A stretch of DNA of 64,000 nucleotides from NCBI GenBank assembly GCA_041663165.1, contig JBAZRF010000002.1, positions 37,043 through 101,042 on the forward strand, in the 5' to 3' direction. This DNA is from Minisyncoccota bacterium (GTDB lineage: Bacteria > Patescibacteriota > Minisyncoccia > Phycocordibacterales > XYD1-FULL-46-19). Position numbers and translations under genes: made by a program. Position 1 is the stretch's first letter, and every line of letters starts with the position of its first letter. The notes beneath the pieces are model-generated. The model was given only the letters and a program-made list of their open reading frames with translations, was not told where the DNA came from and searched no databases. Shown here in pieces: positions 27,557-38,200 of this stretch.

Positions 27557-28102
27557 ATGGCCAAACAAGAATTAGATCAAGGGCGCAATTGGTACGCGAT
27601 CCACACCTATTCCGGTTATGAAAACGCGGTGGCGCGTAATCTTAAGCAGCGCATCGAGTCGCTTGGCATGGAGGATAAGATTTTTAATGTGCTGGTGCCG
27701 ACCGAAAAAAAAGTGGTGATTAAGGGTGGCAAGCGGGTAACGGTTGAGGAAAAAATCTATCAGGGCTACGTGCTCGTTGACATGGTAGTGACCGATGATT
27801 CTTGGTACGTCGTGCGTAATACGCCACGAGTAACCGGCTTTATCGGTTCAGGAGTAATCCCGGTTCCGCTTGAGAAGGCCGAAGTCGATGCCCTCTTTGT
27901 TAAAATGAGCGACGAGACGGTTAAACACACTATCAACTTGATCAAGGGTGAGCCGGTGCAGATTGTTGATGGGCCGTTTAAGGATTTTGAGGGCAAGGTT
28001 AACGAAACTGATGAGGCTCGAGGTAAGGTCAAGGTTCTGGTTTCGATGTTCGGTCGCGAAACTCCCGTCGAACTCGATTTCTTGCAAGTTAAGAAGATAT
28101 AA
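27557..28102 (+). CDS. nusG: transcription termination/antitermination factor NusG
   Basis: NGN domain WYAIHTYSGYENAV, C-terminal KOW motif. Confidence 0.9.
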   Translation: MAKQELDQGRNWYAIHTYSGYENAVARNLKQRIESLGMEDKIFNVLVPTEKKVVIKGGKRVTVEEKIYQGYVLVDMVVTDDSWYVVRNTPRVTGFIGSGVIPVPLEKAEVDALFVKMSDETVKHTINLIKGEPVQIVDGPFKDFEGKVNETDEARGKVKVLVSMFGRETPVELDFLQVKKI

Positions 28103-28122
28103 GGTAAATTAACAACACATTT

Positions 28123-28548
28123 ATGGCAGTAAAAAAAGTAGAAAAGAAAATAAAATTACAGATTCCCGCTGGTAAAGCAACACCGGCACCGCCCGTTGGT
28201 ACCGCTTTGGGTCCGGCCGGGGTTAATATCGGTGACTTTGTGCAGAAGTTTAATGCTGCGACGGCGCAGATGATCGGTGATATTATCCCGGTGGAGATTT
28301 CGGTTTATGCTGACCGTAGTTTCGACTTTGTCCTTAAAACGCCACCAGCTGCTAATTTGCTGATGAAACAAGCGGGGATTGAGAAAGGTTCTGGTAAAAA
28401 TACTCTAAGCAAGGCTGGTAAAGTAACCAAAGACCAAGTTCGTAAAGTGGCCGAGCAAAAGATGCCTGATCTTAATACCACCGATGTTGAAGCGGCCATG
28501 CGCATGGTTGAAGGCACCGCCCGATCGATGGGTTTGGAGGTTAAGTAA
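28123..28548 (+). CDS. rplK: 50S ribosomal protein L11
   Basis: [22 protein letters not shown]. Confidence 0.9.
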   Translation: MAVKKVEKKIKLQIPAGKATPAPPVGTALGPAGVNIGDFVQKFNAATAQMIGDIIPVEISVYADRSFDFVLKTPPAANLLMKQAGIEKGSGKNTLSKAGKVTKDQVRKVAEQKMPDLNTTDVEAAMRMVEGTARSMGLEVK

Positions 28549-28580
28549 ATAGTTAATAAAAAGTGGATAATTTACGAAAA

Positions 28581-28604
28581 AGACGGGTAAAACCCCGTTT
28601 TTTC
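28581..28604 (+). terminator. terminator after rplK (ACGGG-TAAAAC-CCCGT TTTTT)
   Basis: stem and T-run. Confidence 0.6.
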
Positions 28605-28637
28605 GTTGTTTGGAACTAAACTTGTATAATAGGAACT

Positions 28638-29126
28638 ATGGCCGAAAAACACACCCGCCCGTCTTGGGACGAATATTTCAGGGATATTGCCCGAACGGTA
28701 GCCGAACGCGCCACTTGCGATCGTGGTCGTAGCGGTTGCGTCATTGTTCTTGATAAACAGATTTTAGTTACTGGTTACGTTGGTTCACCCAAAGGCTTGC
28801 CCCATTGCGACGATGTCGGCCATCAAATGCGGACGGTCACTTATGAAGATGGCCATCAAAGCCAACACTGCGTCCGCACTGCTCATGCCGAACAAAATGC
28901 CATTTGCCAGGCCGCCAAAGAAGGTGTCCCGATCAACGGCGCGACCATGTATTGCAAAATGACACCCTGTGCCGCTTGTGCCAAAATGATTATTAATTCT
29001 GGAATTAAACGCGTTGTTTGCGAGAAAAAATATCATGCCGGCGCGGAAAGTGAAACCATGTTTAAAGAGGCGGGTATTATGATCGATTTTTTTGAGGATA
29101 AAGTTGAACAATATAAAAACCAATAA
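28638..29126 (+). CDS. dCMP deaminase (ComEB-like)
   Basis: HAEQNAI zinc motif and PCAACAK. Confidence 0.85.
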   Translation: MAEKHTRPSWDEYFRDIARTVAERATCDRGRSGCVIVLDKQILVTGYVGSPKGLPHCDDVGHQMRTVTYEDGHQSQHCVRTAHAEQNAICQAAKEGVPINGATMYCKMTPCAACAKMIINSGIKRVVCEKKYHAGAESETMFKEAGIMIDFFEDKVEQYKNQ

Positions 29127-29128
29127 CT

Positions 29129-29680
29129 ATGATTATTGGCATTACGGGGACATTGGGGGCAGGCAAGGGGACAGTGGTTGAGTATTTAAAAAAGAAAGAT
29201 TTTAGGCATTACTCTGTCACCGCTTTTATTACTGACGAAATAATCAGGCGGGGCTTGCCTGTCAACCGTGACAACATGATATTGGTGGCCAATGACCTGC
29301 GCGCCGAGTATGGCTCAGCTTATATTGTCGAAAAATTGTACGAGCGAGCTAGTGTTAATGGTGGCGATTCCGTTATTGAATCAATTCGAACCGTTGGTGA
29401 AGTAGATGCCCTTAAAGAGAAAATCGGTTTTTATTTGTTTGCCGTTAATGCTGAAATGAAGACGCGCTATGATCGTATTGTAAAACGAGCAGGAGAAAAA
29501 GATTCGGTTACTTTTGAGCAATTTGCTGAGCAGGAGAAACAAGAAATGACCTCAACTGATCCCAATAAACAAAATTTAGCCGAGTGTATTCGTCGGGCGG
29601 ATTATTTAATCAATAATGATGGAACAATTGAAGATTTAAATAATCAGGTCGAAAAGATATTACAAAAGATATCAACTTAA
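29129..29680 (+). CDS. P-loop nucleotide kinase (dNMP-kinase/AAA_18-like)
   Basis: Walker A IIGITGTLGAGKGT; 2-nt gap from deaminase. Confidence 0.5.
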   Translation: MIIGITGTLGAGKGTVVEYLKKKDFRHYSVTAFITDEIIRRGLPVNRDNMILVANDLRAEYGSAYIVEKLYERASVNGGDSVIESIRTVGEVDALKEKIGFYLFAVNAEMKTRYDRIVKRAGEKDSVTFEQFAEQEKQEMTSTDPNKQNLAECIRRADYLINNDGTIEDLNNQVEKILQKIST

Positions 29681-29682
29681 AT

Positions 29683-30255
29683 ATGCGTTTGGCAGTTATT
29701 GGTCCACAAAATACGGGTAAATCCACTTTTATCCAAGACTTTGTTAAAACCTTTCCCCAATACTTGACGCCAGTTGAAAGTTATCGGGACGTTATTAAGC
29801 AAAAGAAATTAGCCGTTAATCAACAAACTAGTGAAATCGCTCAAAAGATTATTAGAGATTTTTTGTTTGACCAGATTTGCCATAATCGCGAATCGAATAT
29901 TCTTTTTGATCGCTGCGTGATTGATAATTACGTTTATTCATTGTCCCTTTACGAGAAAAAACAAGCGAGCCTCGAGTTTTTGAACGAGACTTTTGATTTA
30001 GCGATCAAGCAGCTCGAATTTCTTGATGGGATAATCTTTATCCCATCGTCGGTCTCGGTTAAATTGGTCAACGGCGAGCTGCGCGATATCGAGACAAAGT
30101 ACATCGACGAAATAAATCGCTTCTTTATCAAAACCCTTTTCCTTCTGCATAAGTATCGTCCGATTGAAGTTTTTGTTATTTCGGGCGATCGTCGAGAACG
30201 GTTAAAGTTGGCCCGAGATATTTTTCGCTTCATGAATTATCGCCTGCGATTGTAA
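29683..30255 (+). CDS. P-loop kinase, deoxynucleoside-kinase-like
   Basis: Walker A VIGPQNTGKST, FDRCVIDNYVY reminiscent of the dNK ERS motif. Confidence 0.45.
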   Translation: MRLAVIGPQNTGKSTFIQDFVKTFPQYLTPVESYRDVIKQKKLAVNQQTSEIAQKIIRDFLFDQICHNRESNILFDRCVIDNYVYSLSLYEKKQASLEFLNETFDLAIKQLEFLDGIIFIPSSVSVKLVNGELRDIETKYIDEINRFFIKTLFLLHKYRPIEVFVISGDRRERLKLARDIFRFMNYRLRL

Positions 30256-30286
30256 TTTGTCATCCCGTGTAGTTTAATAAGCAAAC

Positions 30287-31492
30287 ATGAAAGATAAACA
30301 AATCGCCAAATTAATTAAGGCTGAGGAAAAGAGGCAAAAGGGCACTATCAACCTTACCGCTTCGGAGAATTATGTGTCGAGAGATGTTCTTGGGGCACTA
30401 GGTTCAATCTTGGTTAATAAATATGCCGAGGGCTATTCAGCGGCCCGTTATTATTATGGCACAAAAATTATTGATCAGATTGAAAGTTTGTGTAAAGAGC
30501 GAGCGCTAAAGCTTTTTAAACTTAGGCCCTCGGAGTGGGCGGTCAATGTGCAGCCGCTCTCTGGCTCACCGGCGAATGTGGCGGTGTATTTGGCGCTCGT
30601 GCCACCGGGCGGAAAAATTATGGGTATGGCCCTCGATCAGGGTGGGCACTTAACGCATGGACACAAAGTTTCGATTACCGGTAAATTTTGGATACCGGCA
30701 CCCTATTACGTTGATAAAAAAACTGAGCAGCTTGATTATGATGAGATAAAAAGGATTGCTCTGAAAGAGCAGCCAAATATTATTGTGGCCGGCTTTACGG
30801 CTTATCCGCGCAAAATTGATTGGCAAAAATTTCGCGAGATTGCGGACGCGGTGGTATACCCTGACGGCAGGCAAGGTGCCTATTTGATGGTCGACATGTC
30901 ACATATTGCTGGTCTGGTGGCTGGTGGAGTGCACCTATCGCCGTTCCCGTATGCTGATATCGTGACGACGACAACTCACAAAACCTTGCGTGGGCCGCGC
31001 GCCGGTTTGATTTTCTCGCGCATTGATAGTCGGGAGTTAAGTAAAAAGATCGATAGGGCGGTTTTTCCGGGTCTTCAGGGCGGGCCACATGCTAATCAGA
31101 TCGCTTCGGTCTCCGTAGCCTTAGCCGAGGCTAGCCGGCCAGAATTTAAAAAATATGCCAAACAAATCATTGCTAATAATAAAACTTTGGCCGCTGAATT
31201 AAAAAAACGTGGCTGGCGTCTTGTCTCGGGCGGAACGGATAATCATTTATTGCTGGTGGATGTCGCCGGCTCAACTGACGGTAAAATGACTGGTAAGATA
31301 GCCGGCGAGAGATTAGAAAAAGAGGGGATCATTGTTAATAAAAATACCATTCCATTTGACACACGAACACCTGCCGATCCGTCAGGCATAAGACTGGGCA
31401 CCGCGGCCGAAACGACGCGGGGTAAAAAAGAAAAAGACATGATTAAAATTGCTGAACGAATCGATAAAATTTTGCGAAAAAATAGGGGATGA
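30287..31492 (+). CDS. glyA: serine hydroxymethyltransferase
   Basis: PLP lysine motif TTTTHKTLRGPRAG. Confidence 0.9.
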   Translation: MKDKQIAKLIKAEEKRQKGTINLTASENYVSRDVLGALGSILVNKYAEGYSAARYYYGTKIIDQIESLCKERALKLFKLRPSEWAVNVQPLSGSPANVAVYLALVPPGGKIMGMALDQGGHLTHGHKVSITGKFWIPAPYYVDKKTEQLDYDEIKRIALKEQPNIIVAGFTAYPRKIDWQKFREIADAVVYPDGRQGAYLMVDMSHIAGLVAGGVHLSPFPYADIVTTTTHKTLRGPRAGLIFSRIDSRELSKKIDRAVFPGLQGGPHANQIASVSVALAEASRPEFKKYAKQIIANNKTLAAELKKRGWRLVSGGTDNHLLLVDVAGSTDGKMTGKIAGERLEKEGIIVNKNTIPFDTRTPADPSGIRLGTAAETTRGKKEKDMIKIAERIDKILRKNRG

Positions 31493-31914
31493 AAATAAAA
31501 ATCAAGAAACTAGACCGCGAAGCCAGGATTCCCAGCTATGCCCATCCGGGCGATGCCGGGATGGACTTCTTTGCTCTGGAAGATATGATTTTGGAGTCAG
31601 GCAAACGCGGGCGCATTAAAACTGGTATTGCTTTGGAAATTCCCAATGGTTTCGTTGGCCTGGTCTGGGATAAAAGTGGGCTCTCAACTAATCAGGGACT
31701 TAAAACTTTAGCCGGGGTAGTTGACGCTGGTTATCGGGGTGAAGTCCAGATTGGTATGATAAATTTATCGACTGAGACCTATTCCATAAAAAAACATGAC
31801 AAAGTTGCCCAGATGCTGATTCAACCGATTGAGTTACCCGATTTGGAGGAGGTAGCAGAACTAAGCGATACTAGTCGCGGGGCCGGTGGTTTTGGCAGTA
31901 CCGGTAAAAAGTAG
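31489..31914 (+). CDS. dut: dUTP diphosphatase
   Basis: dUTPase motifs AGYRGEV, RGAGGFGSTG. Confidence 0.85.
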   Translation: MKIKIKKLDREARIPSYAHPGDAGMDFFALEDMILESGKRGRIKTGIALEIPNGFVGLVWDKSGLSTNQGLKTLAGVVDAGYRGEVQIGMINLSTETYSIKKHDKVAQMLIQPIELPDLEEVAELSDTSRGAGGFGSTGKK

Positions 31915-31927
31915 TAAAATATTGAGT

Positions 31928-32713
31928 ATGGGCCGGCAAGCCAAAATTGTTATCACGGCAATTGTTTTGATTTTGGCGATAATCGTCGGCTGGCGGTTAT
32001 TAACTTGCGGATCCTGCCGTTCGGTGGTGGCCAAAGTTCCCTTAAGTGCAAAAAGTAAAAATATGGAAAAAGTAAGTTTAGTTACAATTGATAATATAAA
32101 AATTGCCAGCGATTATTATCCAGCCGAAGGAGAGAAGGGGATAATCTTGGTTCATCAATTTGGCCGAGATAAAAATTCTTGGGGCGATTTGCCAGCATTA
32201 TTGCAAAAAGCCGAGCTGTCGGTTTTAGCGATTGATCTGCGCGGACATGGCGAGAGCGACCTGGAATATCAAAATTTTACCGACCTTGATTTTAATAATA
32301 TGGCTTTTGACCTTGAGGCCGGGCAAACTTATCTCAAACAGCAGGGTAAGACCAGCGTTGATTTAATTGGTTCAAGTATTGGCGCCAATTTGAGTTTGAT
32401 CGAAAAAGGAAAGAATCCGCCGACTGGCGGAGGTTTTGCTAAGGTCGTGGCCCTAAGTCCGGGCTTGAATTTTAAAGGCCTAGATGCCGAGAAGGGCTCC
32501 AAGGCAATTGCGGCCCAAAGTTTAAAAAATAAGGAGGTTTTACTAATCGCCTCAGCCGATGATGTTTATAGCTATGATAGTTTGGGAATACTAGAAAAAA
32601 TTATTGATGGCGCTGGCGAATTATTAACTTATCAAACCGGCGGTCATGGCGTTGCTCTTTTCTCCTCACAATCTGAGCTTAAAACCAAAATTATCAATTT
32701 TTTAAATAATTAA
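31928..32713 (+). CDS. alpha/beta hydrolase with N-terminal membrane anchor
   Basis: GxSxG nucleophile elbow GSSIGAN, HGESD. Confidence 0.6.
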   Translation: MGRQAKIVITAIVLILAIIVGWRLLTCGSCRSVVAKVPLSAKSKNMEKVSLVTIDNIKIASDYYPAEGEKGIILVHQFGRDKNSWGDLPALLQKAELSVLAIDLRGHGESDLEYQNFTDLDFNNMAFDLEAGQTYLKQQGKTSVDLIGSSIGANLSLIEKGKNPPTGGGFAKVVALSPGLNFKGLDAEKGSKAIAAQSLKNKEVLLIASADDVYSYDSLGILEKIIDGAGELLTYQTGGHGVALFSSQSELKTKIINFLNN

Positions 32714-32715
32714 TC

Positions 32716-33468
32716 ATGAAAAACTGGCTAAAGATCATAATTTTTATTATCATTTTTACTCTTGTCTTTTGGTTGCTTCGCGGCGAGGAGGGGCTTCTTA
32801 TTTCTAGTTTGCCATTATTAATGGCCGATGTCGGCGGTTTAGGCTGGCTTTACTCAACTATTGGATTGATTTTCACCTTAATGGCCGCCTTCGTTATCGT
32901 CTATGAGGCGGAGCGCTGGTCTAGCTTAAACGAAGCGGTAAATAATGAAATTAGCGCCATCGGGGAGTTGATTATTTGGTCTAAGAATTTTTCAACCGAG
33001 GCTCAAGCTAAACTGACTAAAGGTCTGAGAGACTATATTAATTTGGTTGCTAAGGACGAATGGGAGAAGAGCCGAAACGGTCAAAAGAGTGCCAAAATTG
33101 ATAAACCTTTAACCGAGCTCAATCAGGCGATTGTCTCAATTGCCAAAGAATCGCCCGAAATGTCTGACCAGTCCTTTGATTTGTTCAGTGAGATTCTTAA
33201 TACCCGAGCTGATCGCATCCACTTCAGTCTCTTGCATACGCCCAGAATCATCATCAACACGCTCGTTTTCTCTGACATCATGTTAATCGTCTTTTCTCTT
33301 TTTGTCGGTGTTCAGGATATTGCTCTGGCTTATCTATTTGAACTAGGGATCGCGATTCTCGGCTTTGTTGTTTATTTGGTGGTCATTGATCTTGATAGCC
33401 CCCTTAAGCCGGGCGGTTGGCACTTAACGACTGATGATTATAAAGAATTACTAAACCATTTGGTTTAG
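32716..33468 (+). CDS. hypothetical membrane protein (DUF4239-like)
   Basis: N- and C-terminal TM segments flanking a soluble domain. Confidence 0.4.
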   Translation: MKNWLKIIIFIIIFTLVFWLLRGEEGLLISSLPLLMADVGGLGWLYSTIGLIFTLMAAFVIVYEAERWSSLNEAVNNEISAIGELIIWSKNFSTEAQAKLTKGLRDYINLVAKDEWEKSRNGQKSAKIDKPLTELNQAIVSIAKESPEMSDQSFDLFSEILNTRADRIHFSLLHTPRIIINTLVFSDIMLIVFSLFVGVQDIALAYLFELGIAILGFVVYLVVIDLDSPLKPGGWHLTTDDYKELLNHLV

Positions 33469-33493
33469 TGGCTGGAGGTGCTAGGATAGAAAA

Positions 33494-35251
33494 ATGGCTA
33501 ATGACTGGCTAATTAAAGAAATAACTAATGCGGTTAAAGCTCTCGGCTTGGAATTAGGAGGGGACAAGATCAGGCTCGAACACCCATCCGACTTATCTTT
33601 GGGTGATTTTTCAACCAACGTGGCAATGTTGGCCGCCTCCCAAAATAGGACTAAGCCACAAGAGTTGTCTGAACAAATCAAAAACAAAATTCTAGAGGCC
33701 AAAAACCCTAACCTGCGAGATGCCCGGGTCGCTGGCCCAGGCTTCATTAATTTTTATTTGGCAGATGAATTTTTTGCCAATTCGCTCAAAGAAATTTTAG
33801 CGAACGCTGGCACTTTTGGCCAAATCAAAATTCTCGCGGGCCAAAAGATAATGGTGGAATATACCGACACTAATCCGTTTAAAGAATTTCATATTGGCCA
33901 TTTAATGAGTAATACGGTAGGTGAGGCACTGGCCAGGCTTTTGGCTGGCAATGGCGCTGATGTTAAGCGTGCTTGTTATCAGGGCGATGTCGGGATGAAT
34001 GTGGCCAAGGCTTTATGGGGGATGTTTAAGCTCGAAAAAGAATTGCCCAAAGAAGAAGATTCTTTGGTTGCCAAGATAAAATTTTTAGGCCGAGCTTACG
34101 CGCTAGGGGCGACCGAATATGAAGAGGGGAGTGATAATGCTAAGGAGGGAATAGTAATTATCAATAAAAAGATTTATAAGAGGAGCGATCCAAAACTTAA
34201 CGAACTTTACGATCTCGGTCGGCGCTGGAGTTTGGAGCAATTCGAAACAATTTACGAGCGCTTGGGCACCAAATTCGACTTCAATTTTTTTGAAAGTGAG
34301 ATTTGGCCAATTGGCCAAAAAATGGTTGAGGACGGATTAGCTAAAGGAATTTTTGAGAAAAGTGATGGTGCCATTGTCTTTCGCGGTGAACAGCATAATC
34401 CCAAATTGCATACCCGCGTCTTTATTAATTCTGAAGGGCTGCCAACTTATGAGGCCAAAGATTTGGGTCTAGCCAAAATTAAAAACGAGAAATATCCTTT
34501 TGATCTGTCTGTCTCGATTACTGGCCATGAGCAGGACGGTTATTTTCAGGTTGTGATCGAGGCCATGAAGCAAGTTTTGCCGGACATTGAATCAAAGATT
34601 AAACATCTCTCTCACGGTTTACTCAAATTGCCGACGGGCAAAATGTCTAGCCGGGCCGGCAACATCATAACGGCCGAATCACTGATTGACGATGTTAGGG
34701 GAAAAGTTTTGGCGAAAATTAAAGATCGCGAGTTTGGCGCTGGTGAAAAAAACGAAATAGCCGAGGGTGTTGCCATTGGGGCAATTAAGTATTCGATTTT
34801 GAAACAGTCGATCGGCAAAGATATTGTTTTTGATTTTGATAAATCACTATCGTTTGAGGGCGACTCGGGGCCCTATCTCCAATATGCTTACACGCGAGCG
34901 CTATCGGTTCTCAAAAAAGCCGAGGCAGTTTCGAAGTCGGACTTCGATGAGCCTGAAGTCCAACTTCAGAAATTGCCAGCCGAAACTTCGAAAGAAGCCT
35001 CAATTTCTGGTCTCGAAAAAATATTGTATCAACTTCCTGAAATTACCGAACGGGCTTATAACGAACTGGCGCCACAATATCTTGTTTCTTACCTGATCGA
35101 AGTCGCTGGCGCCTTTAACTCTTTTTACGCCCAAAACCAAATTATCGGCAGTGACGATGAAGCCTATCTTCTCGCTCTCACTCGTGCCACCTCAATCGTC
35201 CTCAAAAACGGCCTAAATCTACTTGGCATTCCAGTGCTAGAGAAAATGTAA
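33494..35251 (+). CDS. argS: arginine--tRNA ligase
   Basis: KMSSRAGN (KMSKS-equivalent), anticodon-binding C-terminus. Confidence 0.9.
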   Translation: MANDWLIKEITNAVKALGLELGGDKIRLEHPSDLSLGDFSTNVAMLAASQNRTKPQELSEQIKNKILEAKNPNLRDARVAGPGFINFYLADEFFANSLKEILANAGTFGQIKILAGQKIMVEYTDTNPFKEFHIGHLMSNTVGEALARLLAGNGADVKRACYQGDVGMNVAKALWGMFKLEKELPKEEDSLVAKIKFLGRAYALGATEYEEGSDNAKEGIVIINKKIYKRSDPKLNELYDLGRRWSLEQFETIYERLGTKFDFNFFESEIWPIGQKMVEDGLAKGIFEKSDGAIVFRGEQHNPKLHTRVFINSEGLPTYEAKDLGLAKIKNEKYPFDLSVSITGHEQDGYFQVVIEAMKQVLPDIESKIKHLSHGLLKLPTGKMSSRAGNIITAESLIDDVRGKVLAKIKDREFGAGEKNEIAEGVAIGAIKYSILKQSIGKDIVFDFDKSLSFEGDSGPYLQYAYTRALSVLKKAEAVSKSDFDEPEVQLQKLPAETSKEASISGLEKILYQLPEITERAYNELAPQYLVSYLIEVAGAFNSFYAQNQIIGSDDEAYLLALTRATSIVLKNGLNLLGIPVLEKM

Positions 35252-35292
35252 AATTTGTAAATATCCTTATTTTACGGTAAATTAGGAGGATA

Positions 35293-38200
35293 ATGGCTGA
35301 AGAAACCTCGGAGGTAAAAAAATCAGAGATTGCGCAAAAAGAGGAGAAGATCCTCAAATTTTGGCAGGATAATAAAATTTTTGAAAAAACCCTAACCAAG
35401 GAGGCGCCCAAGGGTGAATTCGTTTTTTATGACGGTCCGCCGTTTGCCACCGGCACGCCCCATTATGGTCATATTTTGGCGAGCGCCATTAAGGATGCTA
35501 TTCCGCGCTATAAAACAATGAGTGGCTATCACGTGCCTCGACGTTGGGGCTGGGATTGTCACGGCCTGCCAATTGAGAACATTGCCGAAAAAGATCTAAA
35601 AATTTCGGGTAAAAAGCAAATTGAAGAAATTGGCGTCAAGGAGTTTAACGAGCACGCCAGGAGCAAGGTCCTCGAGTACATTGGCGAATGGCAAAAAACC
35701 GTCGATCGCATGGGTCGCTGGGTTGATTTTGAGGGATCATACAAAACGATGGATAACTCCTATATGGAGTCGGTGTGGTGGGCGATTAAACAATTTAATG
35801 ACCAGGGTCTTTTGTATGAGGGCACGCGGGTTTTGCCCTATTGTCCGCGCTGCGAAACGCCCATCGCCAATTCCGAAATCGCGATGGACAATAGTTATAA
35901 AGATATTAAAGATATCTCGGTTACGGTTGAGTTTGAACTAGCTGACGAACCGGGGACTTTTGTTTTGGCGTGGACCACAACACCTTGGACTTTGCCGGGC
36001 AATGTCGCCCTAGCGATTAATCCAGGTATTCTTTATGTCGAAGTAGAAGGGGAAGTATCGGGTAATAAATATATTTTAGCCAAATCTCGAGTTGAGACGG
36101 TCTTTAAAAATAATTTTAAAATTCTCAGAGAATTTGTTGGCCAAGATTTAATTGGCAAAAAATATAAAGCGCTTTTTAATTATTATGTTGACGATAAAAA
36201 ATTAGAGAACCGAGAAAAGGGCTGGCAAATTTATAGTGCCGATTTTGTGACGACCGAAGATGGCACGGGGGTAGTTCATATCGCGCCGGCTTTTGGTGAG
36301 GACGATATGGCCTTGGCCAAGAAGGAGAAATTGCCAATTATTTGGCATGTTGACGGCACCGGACGATTTAAACCGGAGGTTAAAGATTTTGCTGGCGACT
36401 TGGTCAAGCCCAAAGATGATCTGGCTGGTTCACCAGCTGGCCACTTAATCACTGATATTAAGGTGGTCAAATATCTGGAGGATCATAGTTTGCTTTTCGA
36501 CCAAGCTAAAATCACGCACTCCTACCCCCACTGTTTTCGGTGCGAGACCCCACTTTATTATTATGCTATCCCGGCTTGGTTTGTGGACATCCAAAAAGTT
36601 AAAGCCGATATCTTAAATCTCAACGAGCAAAAGATAACTTGGATTCCCGAGCATTTAAAACGCGGCCGCTTTCATAATAGCGTCGAGAGCGCTCCGGATT
36701 GGAATATCTCGCGCAATCGTTATTGGGCGACGCCTTTGCCAATTTGGAAGTGCCAGCAATGTCCAGAAATAAAAATCATTGGTTCGCTCGAAAATCTAGC
36801 TGATAATCAAAAAAAATCTGACAATAAGTATTGGGCGATGCGCCATGGTGAAGCTGAGAGTAATGTAAAGAATTTAATTAGTGCTGATCCGATTCTCGAA
36901 GATAAGCTAACCGCTAAAGGTAAGGATGAAGTCAAAGAATCAGCCCAAAAATTGAAGGGAGAAAAAATCAATCTGATCATCTCTTCGGATTTTGTGCGAA
37001 CAAAAGAAACGGCTAAAATTGTTGCTGGTGAGTTGGGGCTCAAGTCGGAGCAAGTTATTTTTGACGAGCGTCTGCGCGAGATAAATCCCGGTGATTTTGC
37101 CGGTCAGACCTGGAAAGAATACAACACGGCTTTTGGTTCGCGCGCCAATCGTATAAATGGGCATTTGTCGACTGGCGGAGAAAATTATAATGATATTCGT
37201 CGGCGAGTGATGGCAGCGATTTATGAGTTTGATCAAAAGTATCAGGATCAAAAGATTTTGATTATTAGCCATGGTTTGCCCCTATTTATGTTCCAAGCGA
37301 CAACCCAATTTTTAACGGATGAAGGTGTCGCTAAGGCGCCACGACGAGGAACAGATTTTACTACTGGCGAGGCGCGATCAATTAACTTTTTCCCTGTGCC
37401 GCATAACGATAATTTTGAATTAGATTTACATCGTCCCTATATCGACGAAGTTAAGTTGATTTGTACCTGTGGTGGCGAAATGAAGCGGATTATCGAAGTG
37501 GTAGATTGCTGGCTCGAGTCAGGCTCAATGCCTTTTGCCGCTAACAACTATCCCTTTAGGGAACAAAAGGTTTTTGACCCAATCAAAAAAGTCGGTTTCC
37601 CGGCCCAATTTATTGCCGAGTATATCGCCCAAACCAGAACTTGGTTTTATTATATGCTGACGGTTTCAGCCATTCTCTTTAAGGAGACATCATTTGAAAA
37701 TGTCGTTACCACGGGCACGGTTCTGGCCGAGAATGGGCAAAAAATGTCCAAACACTTAAATAATTTTCCTGATCCTTGGCTAATGTTTGATAAATATGGC
37801 GTTGATGCTTTGCGTCTATATCTATTGTCCTCACCCCTGATGAAAGCCGAAGATCTTAATTTCTCTGAAAAGGGTGTCGTCGATATCGGTCGGAGAGTCG
37901 TGTCCCGGCTCTTAAATGTCTTATCTTTTTACAAAATGTATGTAGATGGGGGTGTTCTCGAAGAGAGACCTCGGGCTCATTTGGGGACTCGCCTCGACAA
38001 CACGGCAAATATTTTAGATAAATGGATTTTGGCTCGACTCAGTACTACGATTAGTCAGGTAACGGAGTCTCTTGATCATTACGAAATTGACCGTTCGGTT
38101 TGGCCGGTTGATGACTTCATTGATGACCTCTCGACTTGGTACTTGCGCCGGTCGCGCGACCGTTTTAAGGAGGGGGGAAAAGATCGCGACGAAGCCATCG

